A stretch of 62,140 bases of DNA, counting the filler, from Choristocarpus tenellus KU-1152 (Eukaryota; Protista; Phaeophyceae): the NCBI GenBank assembly GCA_964200185.2. It is 11 parts of 11 records of this genome, joined end to end, with 100 filler letters (N's around TTAATTAATTAA, not from the genome) between each part and the next. Parts side by side here need not be neighbours in the genome. Positions count along the whole stretch, not along the records: positions 49,899 to 55,139 come from CAXNAD020011383.1; positions 55,240 to 59,162 come from CAXNAD020017123.1; positions 59,263 to 62,140 come from CAXNAD020023986.1; 8 more parts are not named here. One strand, written 5' to 3'. The position numbers were made by a program, and so were the translations under genes. The notes under the pieces are model-generated. The model saw only the letters and a program-made list of their open reading frames with translations, was not told the origin of the DNA and ran no database searches. Below are positions 50,225 to 62,140 of this stretch, in pieces; positions within the stretch are counted from its first letter, which is position 1; each line of letters opens with the position of its first letter.

Positions 50225-52899
50225 CGGTGCCGACCACAGTCATGTTGGCACCCAGTTGTCTCGCCATGCCAAAGTCTGCAATCTTACACCTTCGATCCGA
50301 GTCAATGAGCATGTTGGGGCTCTTGATGTCCCTGTGGATCAGACTCCGGCTGTGGAGGAACTCGAGCGCCCTCGCAGCGTCTGTAAGCAGAGATACCCGA
50401 AATTTCCACCCGACCTCCCCTTCCGACAGAAGCAGTGCCAGCAGGTCGCCGCCGCAGGTCAACTCTGTGACTATGAACACATAGCTCAGGCCTTCGGCAC
50501 AGCACCAAAAAAAATATAACGGGTATTTATATTGTTCCCAATTTTTTGTGGGTTAGTTTTTAGAGAGGGCATGCACTCAAAGTCGGGGCATGGGCTGTTG
50601 GTACGGCGAAGTAAAGGTCACCACAGTATTAGGGCTATGCCTGGGAATAAATCGGGTTAGGGTTAGGGTTAGGGTTAGGGATATTGGTAGTGTTAATTGA
50701 AGGCTACCGCAGTATCTAGTAGGGTTAGGGTTGGGCCAGGTCTTGCAAGGGCAAAAATAATTTCGAGATATCAACTTTGAGAAATAAACATTAGATGGCG
50801 TTTTTTTCCATAGTAGTGAGTGAGAGAGGATACCCCCTGGTTGAGGTGGCGGATGCTTGCTACCTGTTGTTGGGGACTTACCTCTCTACCAAAAGCATTC
50901 CTTTACCAAAAGCATTCCTTTATAGCCTCTTCTTTTCAAGCTGTTATTGTGTTAATCCAAAAAGGGGAGAAAAGAAATTTTCCAAATTCAAACAAAAAAG
51001 AGCTAAACACACACACACACACACACACACACACCTCCAGACTCTCTCGCCATGACATTAGATGCTCCAATATATTGGAGCAAGTTGTCATGCTGATAAT
51101 GCTTGAGGACAGCCAGCTCCCTCATCAGATACGCCTCCAAATTTTTTTCTTGCCGTGCCTGCTTCTTTATCGCCACCTTTTTTTGTCACATTTTCAGGGT
51201 TAGGGGATTGAGGGGGGTCATATGCACAGTGGACGTAAGTTAATAGTACCTAACAAAGTGCCAAAAATGTTTCTTTTTATTCAGACCAATAGAACGACAC
51301 ACATCTGCAGTGCATTCGATCTTTTTTCTTCAGACCAATAGAACGGTCCTCGAATCACAGTGAGTCTATTAAAGGACGCATTCGGTACATTATATTTAGA
51401 CCAACAGAATGGCCCACATCTGCAGTGATCAAAAAAACGGGGTGCATTCAATCAGTACATATGAAGTGATAGAATGGTCCACATCTCACAGTGAGTCAAC
51501 AGGATGTATCGAATCTACACTTAGATCACTAAAAGCCCGCATCTCACAGTGATTCAATAAGACACATTCGATTTTTCAGCTAGGACCACAATGTGGTCCC
51601 CAACTCATTCATAGGGAGTCATTCAACCTGCTGGCTCCGTTGAACTATTTGTTGAACTATTTGGTATCCTCTCCAATCTTGGCAAAATGTCGGCTGGGTA
51701 TTCAAAAACCATCTTACCAACAGAGATGCACTCAAGTCTGGACTAAGTTCAACACCGGTACACAATGACCACATGCATTCATGGAGGTTCAAGTCATTGT
51801 CTCTCTCTGTAGATTTCCCAACTATTTCGATTATTCCTAGAGTTTTGGAAGGCATAATTAAACCCATTGCAACAAAATGCGAAATACAAGGGTGGAAATG
51901 TTCGTATGGAATTTTGCCCACCAAACCCTTCCTATTATCAACGTAGACAAAGCAAAATGAGGCGAATGAAGATCATAAAGAACCCAGATTTCAAGTAGGA
52001 GAAAACAAGGAATAAGAGTGACTTACGACAACTACAACAATGTAGACATCGTTTTTTCCTGCATCCTGAATGCAAATAATCTACTGAAGTTGAAAATCAA
52101 CTACCTCATACCCAACATAAAAATATAATATATTGGAAAACAAGAAAGACGACCTCTACAGGACGCATGCAATACTCCCCTCCCCCTCGCACCAACAGTA
52201 GATAGCCCTAACAAACGACTCTCAACATTCTATCCTCGTCAGCACCAGGTGCAGAAATTGAACCTGAGCAATGTCAACTCTCTTCTCTCTATCTTTCTCT
52301 CTGTATCAAAGCACAACACTGATCTCAGATAACAAACAGGTCCGTCAGAAGGTCCATAGCGCAACCCATTCTTCTGGGCTTTCACGGAGGGAAATATTCG
52401 TCACAGAGAAAGAACTCAAACCGAACGACGAACTCGGCTTACGGCAAGAAGACGCCTGGTGAAACACTGCAGGAAAGATTGAAACTGCACTAGAGATGCA
52501 CTAAAACGGTGTAAGTTAGGGGGGTGGAGTTCGATGGTGTTGTTCATGAAGTCCATTCCATCGCAAAACGATGGTTTCACTGTTTACCGCCTTTCCCCGA
52601 GGGCCTTGACCGTTTACAGAGGAGACTAGAAAAATAGGAGTGGAGGCTTGGTACACAACCACAACAACCACATCTGCACCCCTTCATGAAGTTGAGCAGA
52701 AGAACAATCCAAGTCATCCACTCACCAGCTCCCCAAGGTAGCGCCCAAGATACACCTTAGAGAAGGCACCCTGACCTATCTGTGGCCCAACTTGCACATC
52801 GTCGAGATTAAGGTAGAAATCGCTGTCAGTGAAGCTCAACGGAGCATCCTCTCCCGAATTGCTATGGAAGATAACCGAGTCCGGGCTCGATGCCATCAT
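50225..52899 (-). CDS. TKL-group protein kinase, LIMK/TESK-like, N-terminal two-thirds of the kinase domain (3' end beyond contig)
   Basis: Exons 52899-52726, 51176-51035, 50491-50225: IGQGAFSKVY, VAIKK, RELAVLK, HRDIKSPN, DFGMAR, MTVVGT. Confidence 0.92.
51281..51590. repeat. Degenerate minisatellite, 5-6 units of ~50-65 bp, in kinase intron 1
   Basis: Recurrent core AGACCAATAGAA..G.CC.CATCT..CAGTGA....CATTCG. Confidence 0.7.
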
Positions 52900-53439
52900 C
52901 CTGGAGAAACGGTGACACCCTTGTAGGTCGAAACAGGCTGAATCCTCTCTTCCTTCTAGCCTCTCCCACACACCCCTACCACGAGATACACCTATCCAAC
53001 ATCCCTCCGCTCCTCTCCTTGAAAGCCTGCGATCACTACCAGTAGCTCCTCACACTCCTCAGAACCGACCCTAGTAGGCAAGGAATTGCAGGAAAAGTGT
53101 TCCCCCTAGTCCTTAACAGACAATACAACTCGTTCCTACTTCCTACTGTAAAAACTTAAAGCGTCAACTACAACTATCAAATCTCACCTCGATGACTTCT
53201 TGGTGATGAAGTGAAAAATGTAAGATGAGTTGGTGTATTAATCAAATCTGTTACATAGAATAATAGTAAAATATTATTTTTGATACAATAAGTATCCATT
53301 ATGGTGGATGACTCTTGTATTAGAACGGATAAATCGTAGGAAGTATCAATGTCTCTTGTCTTCCGTGTTTTGGTTATCTCCAATATCCTTGTTCTCATTA
53401 ATGCACGTAGTGGAATATGAGTAGGTGAGTGGAGACGGA

Positions 53440-54200
53440 GTCACAGGTAGTGGAGTAACACTTCAGCAGCGCCTATGCTTTGTGCTGACGACATGAGAAT
53501 TATGTCTAGGACCCAGGGAAGTCTGGCCAGGATGACAGTGATTGTGGAGTTGGCTAAGGCTAACTCTGTCTGGGTGGATGACAAAACCATGTGTTTTCGA
53601 TCTCCCAAAAAGGTCGCAGAGATCTTATGTAAATTCGACTTCGGGGGAGAGTTATAAGCGAACTAACAAATTTGTTTATGTTGGATTCACCATCAGTGAA
53701 GATGCTCTTACCACTAGTGCGATCAGTCAATAATTAAAATTTTCATGGTTGTTTCGAAGAGGACAGACAGGTGGTACAGGATAGAACCAAGTGTGTATAA
53801 CTTTAGCATAAGATACGAATGCTCGAGACGATGGTGCTTGAGGTCAATTTCATGGTTGTGTGACTTGGACACTACACCAGGTCCACTATACCAAATTTCA
53901 CTTTCATCATCACGGGTTCCTCCTTGCATGTATCGGATTTCGCAATCGGAAACGCACCAATCACCCCCTATCCCACAAAGATGCTCTTGCCAATGCTGGG
54001 TGCCACTGTATCGAGGATACTATGCAAATACGGAGTCTCTTGTTCGCATAGTCAGTTGCATACACATAGCGGATAAGAGAATGTCAGAGGCGTTGAGAAT
54101 TGGAGAATTTGTGAATGGGAACCAGAAGGAAGATCGACAGGAGGATTGCGCCTGCAAGACGATGTTGAGAAGTTTGGGGCACGCTCGAGAGACATAGTAG
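53440..54200 (+). mobile_element. RTE-like LINE reverse-transcriptase relic
   Basis: MLCADDMRIMSRT..SLARM (cf. YADD), KTMC, FVYVG.TISE, HHGFLLACIGFR...LSHKDAL...IEDTMQIRSLLFA. Frameshifted. Confidence 0.8.
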
Positions 54201-54266
54201 AAGGGCAATAAATTGTCATGGGTGTACGATTGTGTGGCTGATGGAACAAAAGTGCTTCGTGGAAGA

Positions 54267-54526
54267 GAGATAAAGTATCTTAGGGGGTAGAGCAGCGTCA
54301 ACTTGGGGACCAAAATCCAATGTTACGATATTGATGTAGTTTTGGTTATTGTGTTTGTTAGGAAGTGCCAATATCCTTGTTCCGGACACAGCTTTTCATA
54401 ACGTACACATTTTACCTACTCCGAAATATTTTGGAGTAGGAAAATATCATAAAAAAAAACGGAGGGAAGTCAAGCCCCCAATGAACAAACAGGGCAAAAC
54501 TCGTACCCTCTAAGATACTTTCACTC
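54267..54526 (+). mobile_element. MITE family A, full length (260 bp)
   Basis: GAGATAAAGTATCTTAGGGGGTAG ... GTACCCTCTAAGATACTTTCACTC. TSD ambiguous (AAGA or AGAG / AGAG). Confidence 0.88.
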
Positions 54527-55001
54527 AGAGTGACACGTCAGAGAGGAAGGTGTAATACCTGACGTACTTTATGCTGTAGTAGCTGAGGAAGCCCAAGCAA
54601 ATCATGGCACATCCATGCTCACCCGTGCCTTCTGAATACCGATGTTTTTCACGTTTTCATATTTTTCTTGGAGTGATTATTCTTGCATCCCTCTTTTCCT
54701 CTATGTGGCGTGCGAGGAGTGCTGTTTCAGATGGGATAGAGAGGATGTGACTCTAACGTTTCTTTTCCCTATTTTTTCTCGTCATGGGAAATTGCAGGGA
54801 TGACAAAATTTGCGACATCCTATCCTACCAAATGGGCAATATTTATTCTAGGGGGAGATCAAGGATTTGACGATGTACGCTCGTGACATCAATGGTCATT
54901 CACGTCTGATGACTCAGCCTATGTTTCCAGTCAAGACCAGGGCCACATCCTGGATACCTACTATGTGTGCGTGACAGTCATCAGCTAGAGGGCAGGGCAT
55001 A

Positions 55002-55139
55002 GACCCAAAATATCTGTGGTGGGGGGGAGTCTACACCAGGGTGCCCATTTTGGGACAATATCAGGAAAAGTGCATTTATATTATCCATCCGATGTATGCA
55101 ACCAAATCATGCCAAAATCGCGACATGAAAAAATTGACC
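55002..55139 (-). mobile_element. MITE family B, cut by contig end
   Basis: GACCCAAAATATCTG...CATCCGATGTATGCAACCAAATC...AAATCGCGACATGAAAAAATTGACC. Confidence 0.85.
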
Positions 55140-55239
55140 NNNNNNNNNNNNNNNNNNNNNNNNNNNNNNNNNNNNNNNNNNNNTTAATTAATTAANNNNN
55201 NNNNNNNNNNNNNNNNNNNNNNNNNNNNNNNNNNNNNNN

Positions 55240-55336
55240 CCATCCGACATATGCAACTATATCACCCCAAAATCGCGACATGAAAAAATTGACCCCAAAT
55301 CGACAGCAGCCACCCCTGCCCCAGATACTTTGAGCC
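55240..55336 (-). mobile_element. MITE family B, cut by contig start
   Basis: AAATCGCGACATGAAAAAATTGACCCC...CCCCAGATACTTTGAGCC. Confidence 0.85.
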
Positions 55337-55612
55337 AGGATGGAGCTCCCACCTTTCTCCCTGATCTCGTCATTCCTCTCCCTTTTACCCGTTGAGTCAA
55401 GATCAATGGACTCATCCCCGCTGCTACCCACCGTATCGACGATTGGACACCTTCCACGATCATCCCCCATATCTTCCTCGTCATCCTTCTCGGAAGATGA
55501 CAAAACACTAGAACCACGCCAATCTCTATCGCCAGTAGAATCGTCTTCCGAGGTTGGGGTTGCCAGGCTGTCCCCAGTGTGTGCCCCATTCCTCCCACCT
55601 TCTGTCGGGTTA

Positions 55613-55853
55613 GAGTCAAAGTATTTTAGAGGGAAGAGCCGCGTCCGTTTGGGACCAAAATTTAATGTTACGATTTTGATGTAATTTTGGCTATGGTGTT
55701 TGTTAGGAAGTGTCAATATCCTTGTTCCAAACACACCTTTTCATAATGTATACGTTTTACCTGCTCCGAAATATTTCGGAGTAGGAAAACGTCCTAAAAA
55801 CCCTGAGTGAAGCCAAGCCCCAAATGGACAAACAGGAAAAAATTCGCAACCTC
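55613..55853 (+). mobile_element. MITE family A, right TIR eroded
   Basis: GAGTCAAAGTATTTTAGAGGGAAGAGCC... colinear with 37780 and 54267. Confidence 0.85.
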
Positions 55854-58800
55854 ACAGTCTTAGTTGTAATAAATAATGATCATTGAGTAGTAACCTTGGC
55901 GAGAGCACTATTGACAGCTGTTTTGTAGAAAGTTCGAATGCAAAAATATACAGAGCATTGCGTGGTGGCGTGCACTTATGTTCACGACCATCGTGTGCGT
56001 AAATAGGGGTGGATACGTGACCAAAGCGTTCAATATCGCTCATGTTGACAATCTTGGCCTAACCTGTGCATTTGCTCTCTGCATTTCAAGCCACCATAAC
56101 ATTAAGGCCTCTTCCCCTACATGACAAAAATCGTTGCCGGTTGTGACAGACCCATGCAGTATAGACCAAGATACAAATCCCCACATTGACGGTGGTTAGA
56201 CTGATTTTCAGATGATAGTACTTTCACAAAATAAAATCGGGTTGTATGTGGAGTTTCCGAGAGATATTTACACGGTTTGCAACATTACGGTGTTCGCCAA
56301 TTTCAGCATCATCGTAAGCCTGAAATACTTTGTATATCACATGGTGGGGTATCAATCATAATTGGGTTGCACTATATGATACGGGAAGGAATGTACATGG
56401 GAGCGTGTCGGCATTCTATGTCTTTGTACGGGTGATCGCGTATGGATCAATGTAGTGTGGGGGACAGTAACGCCATGTATGCCTAACCTGAATTAGGGTT
56501 GTACATGAAGGAAAACAATAACGGAAGAATTCCTAATGTGAGGGTCACGTTTTTGCTTTCGCCAAAGTTGGTATAAGGGATCTTGAAACTGTTTACAGAG
56601 AGAAACGCGTAGCAACAAATTGACTGAACACGTTCCACACTGTGAACGGCTGGTTGATGAGGAGGGGTCGACGTGGAATGAGTGTGTGAGCTACGGTAAG
56701 TTATAGGAGAATGGTTGCGAGGAGGGCCGTGACTACAGGGTCATACAACCGCTTGGGTACATGATGGCACCCAAATATTAGTACAGACTATGCGAACGGA
56801 TGGATGTTGCAACGTTAATCATGGGCGCTATATTACGATATTTTTTTGCGAGATTGGTCTTGCACGAACGCTCATGAATGAGCTGCACAGAGTGTGTATC
56901 TTTGTTGTACGGAACTCACTTCCTGCTTCCCTTTGGAGGCATGGCGACGTTCGGTGGTTGGACAGCGCCTCTCCTTTAATCGAGTGGTGTCTGCATGAGG
57001 TGGGCACGTTGCAAATGGGACAGGGCAAACTGGCAGAAGGAGAGATAATTTTTTTGTGCATCGAGTTAGGTCCGGAGAGCATGGCAGGTCACAGTCAGTT
57101 TGCATCCTCCTCGAAGGGTACGCACCTGGTACCCTTTGCACGAAAAGGAAATCCTTTCGTGTTTATTCCTTCTGACACGCCCGTTGTATAGGGTTACATA
57201 CAGCGCACAGGGATGGTGGCAGACGAGTTTGATCCTTGTAGAGGGGATGCACACCTAGTCTCCTTCGACCAAGAAAGTACATTGTGTCGACCTCTTCTGA
57301 TACAGATGGTTGTATCAAAATTGCTTAATTGCATACCACGGAACAACCACCCTTACGGAATTTTGTATGAATAAGATTACAGTGGTATATAGTGGTTTCA
57401 AAAAAGCTGGTCGGAGTGTTATTTTTCTGTAGGAATTGTCATTAGCAACTATTTAAGATATTTTAAAGATTAATAGAAATAAAATTACTTCATTTGATCC
57501 TATATTGCTTGCCTCCAGTGAGATTGAACTATGTTTTGCCCCTCCTCATTGCGGCAGTTAAATTGTCAATTTGATATCTAAAGCAGATAGATCTATATAC
57601 GTGAAGGCCTATGGCATGACACCAACTAAGGTGAAAGTTTATGAAGTAATCTGAGCTTTGTGGGCGGAAGAATTCTGGTTGGTTGGGGGCACAGGACAAG
57701 CGCGGGTAGGGGAAAGAAAAAGAAGGAAGCAGTAAGAGAAGGAATAGTTAAAGTTAAGGAAGGGACGAAATTGGTTAATGGAAATGAGTGGTAGGTAGAG
57801 GGAAGGACAGCAGCCAGTCAGTGATAAAAGGAAAGAAAACGAGGGATACAAGACGAGGAGAGGAGACCAAGGCAACCTCCCAGCAAGCTTCTCGTCGGAG
57901 TGGATCAAGACATAACCTGAACTATCTTTCCGACAGCTGGAAGGGAGAAAGGTCCGAGGGAAGGGGCGGGGATGCTTGAGAAGCGGATACGGAAATGGTA
58001 AGAAAAATTCGACAAGGTAAGGGGGCTAGTGAATGAGACGATGAATAACAGTGTGGATAGGTGTAGGGTAGGTAGGAAATACGGGTAGTGAAGTGGGTAG
58101 ATTCAGACATAATACAAGGGGTATCGGGAAAAATCCATAGGACAAGAAAAGTACGAAAGATGGACCACGACGTAATGGTGGAGTGAAACAAGTGAAAGGG
58201 TTGAGGGCCCTGCCAGAGCTACAAGTCCAAGAGGGTGACGGAAAGTAGGAGTAGAGTGTGCCGCTTATGCCACAAACATTGTTAGCCCATGGAGATCACG
58301 ATAAAAAGGAAAAAGTTAATGGTTCGGGGGCGGAGTAGTGTACCTGCACTAATCTCGTGGAGTAAGTGCATTTTTAGATATCGCTCGAACGATAGGGCCG
58401 GGACTGATGCTAGGCTTATATTGATCGGTGGGATCGCGTGGATTTGTTTTCCGCTGCTTGCATCATTCAACCTAACCCAATAGAGAAAAATAAAATAAAA
58501 TGCGCGGGCTCACTGTAGGATGAGGTAGAGGGGCCCATTTCGTTTAAGGATAACGGGTAGAAGTTAAGAGGTTAGGGATGGACGTTTACTAAGCACAGGC
58601 TCCAGTGAATCAGTGGCTATGTCATTATGAGTAGCCATATAATTTATGGGTTATAGCTACAAACTGGGAAATAACGTGGCATAGAAAACAAAATAAATAA
58701 GAAAACCTACATAGGATTCCAGAGTACCGAATGAGGCCATAGGGTTGGTGGAGATTCTAGGTTGAACCACAGCTACCAGATTAAGTACAGATAATGGCAG

Positions 58801-59322
58801 AGTCCCGCATGGACAGGCAGTAGGTGGGAATTTTAGGTGGGGTGAACGTCTCGAAAGTAAGAATTGGGGATTGGCAGTAGAGGTATGTTAAAAGAAATAT
58901 ATATATATATATATATATATGAGATGCAATAGTTGGAAGAAAAATTGACTGGCCGAGAACATAACAGAAATATGCAAATAAAGAAGGGCACACAAATATA
59001 AACAGGGGGGGTAGGTAAATGAATAACTATACCTCCTACAACACCCTGTGTACAAATATGGGATAATGGTGTGAATAAAAGGCCACTGTTAAAGATGGGA
59101 GGTTACACCTAAGAAAGAAACAGGGGGGGTATGGCCGTTAAAGGAAGCCTTTGTAGGCATTTNNNNNNNNNNNNNNNNNNNNNNNNNNNNNNNNNNNNNN
59201 NNNNNNTTAATTAATTAANNNNNNNNNNNNNNNNNNNNNNNNNNNNNNNNNNNNNNNNNNNNAAGTGATTTTAACCTAGGCTGACAAAAACAGTTGATTT
59301 AGCACCTCCCCCCTTTAGTTAA

Positions 59323-59505
59323 TACCCAAAGTATCTGGGGGGCGGGGGGGGGTCTACACCAGAGTGTCTATTATTTGGACCAAAAACAGGAGAAGTGCAC
59401 TTTCATCATCCATCCAACGTATGGAACCAAATCACCCAAAAATCGCGATATGAAGAAATTGGTTCCAAATGGACAGCCGCCACCCCCCCCCAGATAATTT
59501 GAGCC
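59323..59505 (-). mobile_element. MITE family B, full length (183 bp)
   Basis: TACCCAAAGTATCTGGGGG ... CCCCCAGATAATTTGAGCC. Confidence 0.88.
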
Positions 59506-59599
59506 AATATTAAATATTTGTATGAGTGTTCTTATATATAATATTTCTCTACGCATCTACGTCAAACTCCTAAAAATCGGACCATTACCAACCTGCAAT

Positions 59600-61900
59600 C
59601 AACGCACGACGATTTGTTTTCAATGACTTGGGGGAGGAGATTTAGGATGTTGCTGAAACTCTCTCACTCTTGTTTCCAGCTTTAGGGAACTTCCCCCTCA
59701 CACTTTTTTCCCACCTTGATCGTATCATTGTGTCCCAACCAGTCAGCGGTTTTGGTGATTCCATAGGTGTGCTTGCTTCACGCTTATACATCCTCCCCTT
59801 TCCTCGGTAACAATGTAACTCTAGGTGGATATCTCCCCTGGTTACATACATCAGGTGAGCGAATAATGATTCATGTGTGGATTGTCAGTGTTCTGGAGTA
59901 TCGTTCCCTGTTTCTTACCGCAATCCACTGGTTATGTGTATTCTAAAACTAAATGCGGAAGATCACCAAGGTCGACGACCCCTACATCAACAACACATCC
60001 GAGGACTAAGACCACACCGCAGGTCCGGCAATGCACTATGCCTCCACTCCACCAACGTACCTGACCGCAATTAATCGTATTTATACCCAGACATCCAACC
60101 CTAACTATGCTCACCCTTAATTTCAACGCACTGCAGATACTACATGAGAGCGAAAGGTAGGTTCCCAACGGGCTTTGTTGTCCTACTCCTTGACAGCGTA
60201 TTCTGAGGTGTCTCCATGGCTGTGTCCGTCCATCAACACCAATAGAGAGAAATCCTTATGAAGTATTGGCATGAACAAATACGTGCACTTTCTTCAAGAA
60301 TATAAGAACTCAATACCCATAATATCTTCCTCAAAATCACATCACTGAATCTTTAACTTCCATTGTTAACCTCTCCAACCTACTTAATTGATTGTTTTTG
60401 TCTTGATATCTGATTTAATTTCCGTTTAGAGGTGGCAAGCACCCACTTCCTCCATGTGAGTCAAACCATCTAGCTTAGTTTTTCATTTCATGTAGAGATG
60501 TTTAAACACCCTCAATTGCACGACGGTTGAGCTGCGTGATCTGTATCATCTCACAGGATCATATTGAAAGGAATTGTTGGTATTGTTTTTACTTACACGC
60601 TTGATGCTACACATGTTACAGACGAATATGTTTCCAGACATTTGACCTGGTTTGCCCTTCTCACCCTTGGTGACTGATATGTTGGTCAGCAGTCTGATAT
60701 GGTTTGCCCCTCTGTTCGAACTCGACCTTCTCAATGTGGCAACCAATATTCCCAGTGCAATGAGGTTGGACGCGACATGGCAGGTAGGTGGGTTTGTAGG
60801 CAATCGCACCAAGGAAATAACGTTTGAGGCTTGCATCCTTTCACTCAATGCGGAGAAGGTGGAGCTGTCCTTCAAGGTCTATCTAGGTGTATGGGATTGA
60901 GGACTCCCTTATTGGACCTCCAGAAGCGTGATAACCGTTAGTGGGTTGATTGAGGGAAACACAGGACAAACAACGATTGGGGTGAGGTCTGCCCTCCAGT
61001 TTGAGTTGCCGTGTATGTACAAGTCCGTGACTCCGACGAACGTGTGACGAAGATGATATTTCTTTCTTCCCTGGGTATCCCACGCAACCAACATCTATAC
61101 CCACTCACATCCATCGCGGCTTGCAGTACCACATTGTTGTCTTAGAAAATGGCTCAATGTATCTTGGGGGGGGTGGCGGCTGTCCATTTGGGACAATTTT
61201 TTTCATGTCGCGATTTTTGGGTGATTTGATTCCATACGTCAGATGGATAATGAGAGCACACTTTTCCTGGGTTTGGATCAAATGGACACCATGGTGTAGA
61301 CACCCCCCCCCCCCCAGATACTTGGGGTCGAATCGGCAACCCATTATGGTTGTTGCAGGTGAGACGCAGGAGTTCTTAACGGGATTATCGCTCCCAAGCG
61401 TTGTTGGGACGTTTCGTGTGATTGCATGGTTGTCAATGTTCGTGTAAAGTCTGTCAAGAAAACTTGAAATTAATTTCAACATGGATTTGATGTGAGTAAT
61501 TTTAACTTCGAATTTGATCGAAAAGGTTCTTCCAAACACTGTTAAGAAATTAATATTCTGGCTCAACTATCGATTATGTTCTGCAGTAAGTGGGTGGAGT
61601 AGTATATAGGTGAGAGCGAATTGTCAGTCTGATAATAGTTACAGATATATAGCGGTCAACATGTAGTGATAGATGGTTACTAGATCCTTAGAAATATTTT
61701 GAGTTGTATATTACATCAACCTGAAAATATGGTATCAAATGGAAGCAGAGTCGTTGTACTCCACAAGAAATTTTCTCAAATGGTGGGGAATTCATGCATG
61801 AATAGTTGGGTCAAAGAGGGGTCTTTTTCTGGTATCGGTATACGGAGGGTTACCAGACAGTTAAACCCTGTACCTTTATGAGGTTGTCGAATTGGCATCA
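59600..61900 (-). mobile_element. Degenerate Copia-like gag-pol relic (interrupted by MITE B)
   Basis: Pre-integrase-like FVCNMCSIK and RT-like SLFAHLMYVTRGDI (cf. GSLMYL..TRPDI) occur in Copia order on the minus strand, with many stops. Confidence 0.5.
61151..61329 (+). mobile_element. MITE family B, full length (179 bp)
   Basis: AAAT|GGCTCAATGTATCTTGGGGG ... CCCCAGATACTTGGGGTC|GAAT (TSD 3/4 match). Confidence 0.9.
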
Positions 61901-62140
61901 CTTCGACTTGTCACATGGATAATCTTCAATACTACAACTATATAAAAAGATTGAGGAGGACATGAGGTTGTGGAGGTGATGGAGGAAGGCGACGATGGTC
62001 CACGAGACAGGCAGGGGCAAGGAACGAATATAAGTGGAGGGATTAACCCAGCTCTAGGAATAGATACCTAGGTCTCAATTTCGCAGAATGGAGAAGGATC
62101 GACAGAGAACGGAATGGGCCCACATGGGGACGAGGTGGAG

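Noticed and set aside
51281-51590. CRISPR array
   Set aside because: Repeats are degenerate, spacers resemble each other, the array lies in a eukaryotic intron, and there are no cas genes.
55002-55336. One MITE-B spanning the linker, implying the two contigs are adjacent
   Set aside because: The overlapping portions differ at several positions, so they are two different copies at independent contig ends.
7409-59262. Ten recurrences of TTAATTAATTAA as a biological repeat or piggyBac TTAA target
   Set aside because: Always centred in exactly 44+44 N. It is an assembly concatenation linker.
1-62140. Functional gene cluster (PIGO + kinase + DsbA + NIPBL etc.)
   Set aside because: The genes lie on different contigs joined artificially, so adjacency carries no information.

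Overview
Eukaryotic nuclear DNA, most likely a photosynthetic stramenopile such as a brown alga. This is inferred from intron-rich GT-AG genes, a signal-peptide+Phe bipartite plastid presequence and interstitial TTAGGG. The window is not one locus: it is 11 short contigs joined by an artificial 100-nt linker (44N-TTAATTAATTAA-44N), so gene order across linkers is meaningless. Hand-spliced host genes: a complete secreted DsbA-like thioredoxin, most of PIGO/GPI13, a LIMK/TESK-like TKL kinase (5' part), NIPBL/Scc2 C-terminal exons, a plastid DUF2993-like protein head-to-head with a coiled-coil protein, a mitochondrial membrane-anchored protein (5' part), a nuclear 'YELQRRQTIARN' protein with a GC-AG intron, and one tRNA-Trp(CCA). 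The rest is decayed Copia, CRE-like and RTE-like LINE, hAT and piggyBac relics, MITEs and simple repeats. Most interesting signal: 14 copies or fragments of two MITE families (~260-280 bp and ~180 bp) share a 14-bp TIR (GRSYCAAA|GTATCT ... AG|ATACTTTGRSYC) with apparent 4-bp TSDs. The TIR carries a GT donor and a pyrimidine-preceded AG acceptor in either orientation, and splicing at these sites would leave 8+12+4=24 nt, in frame. One copy sits exactly at the donor of a plausible in-frame host exon. This is a candidate orientation-independent Introner-like (intron-generating) transposon system and needs RNA-seq to test.
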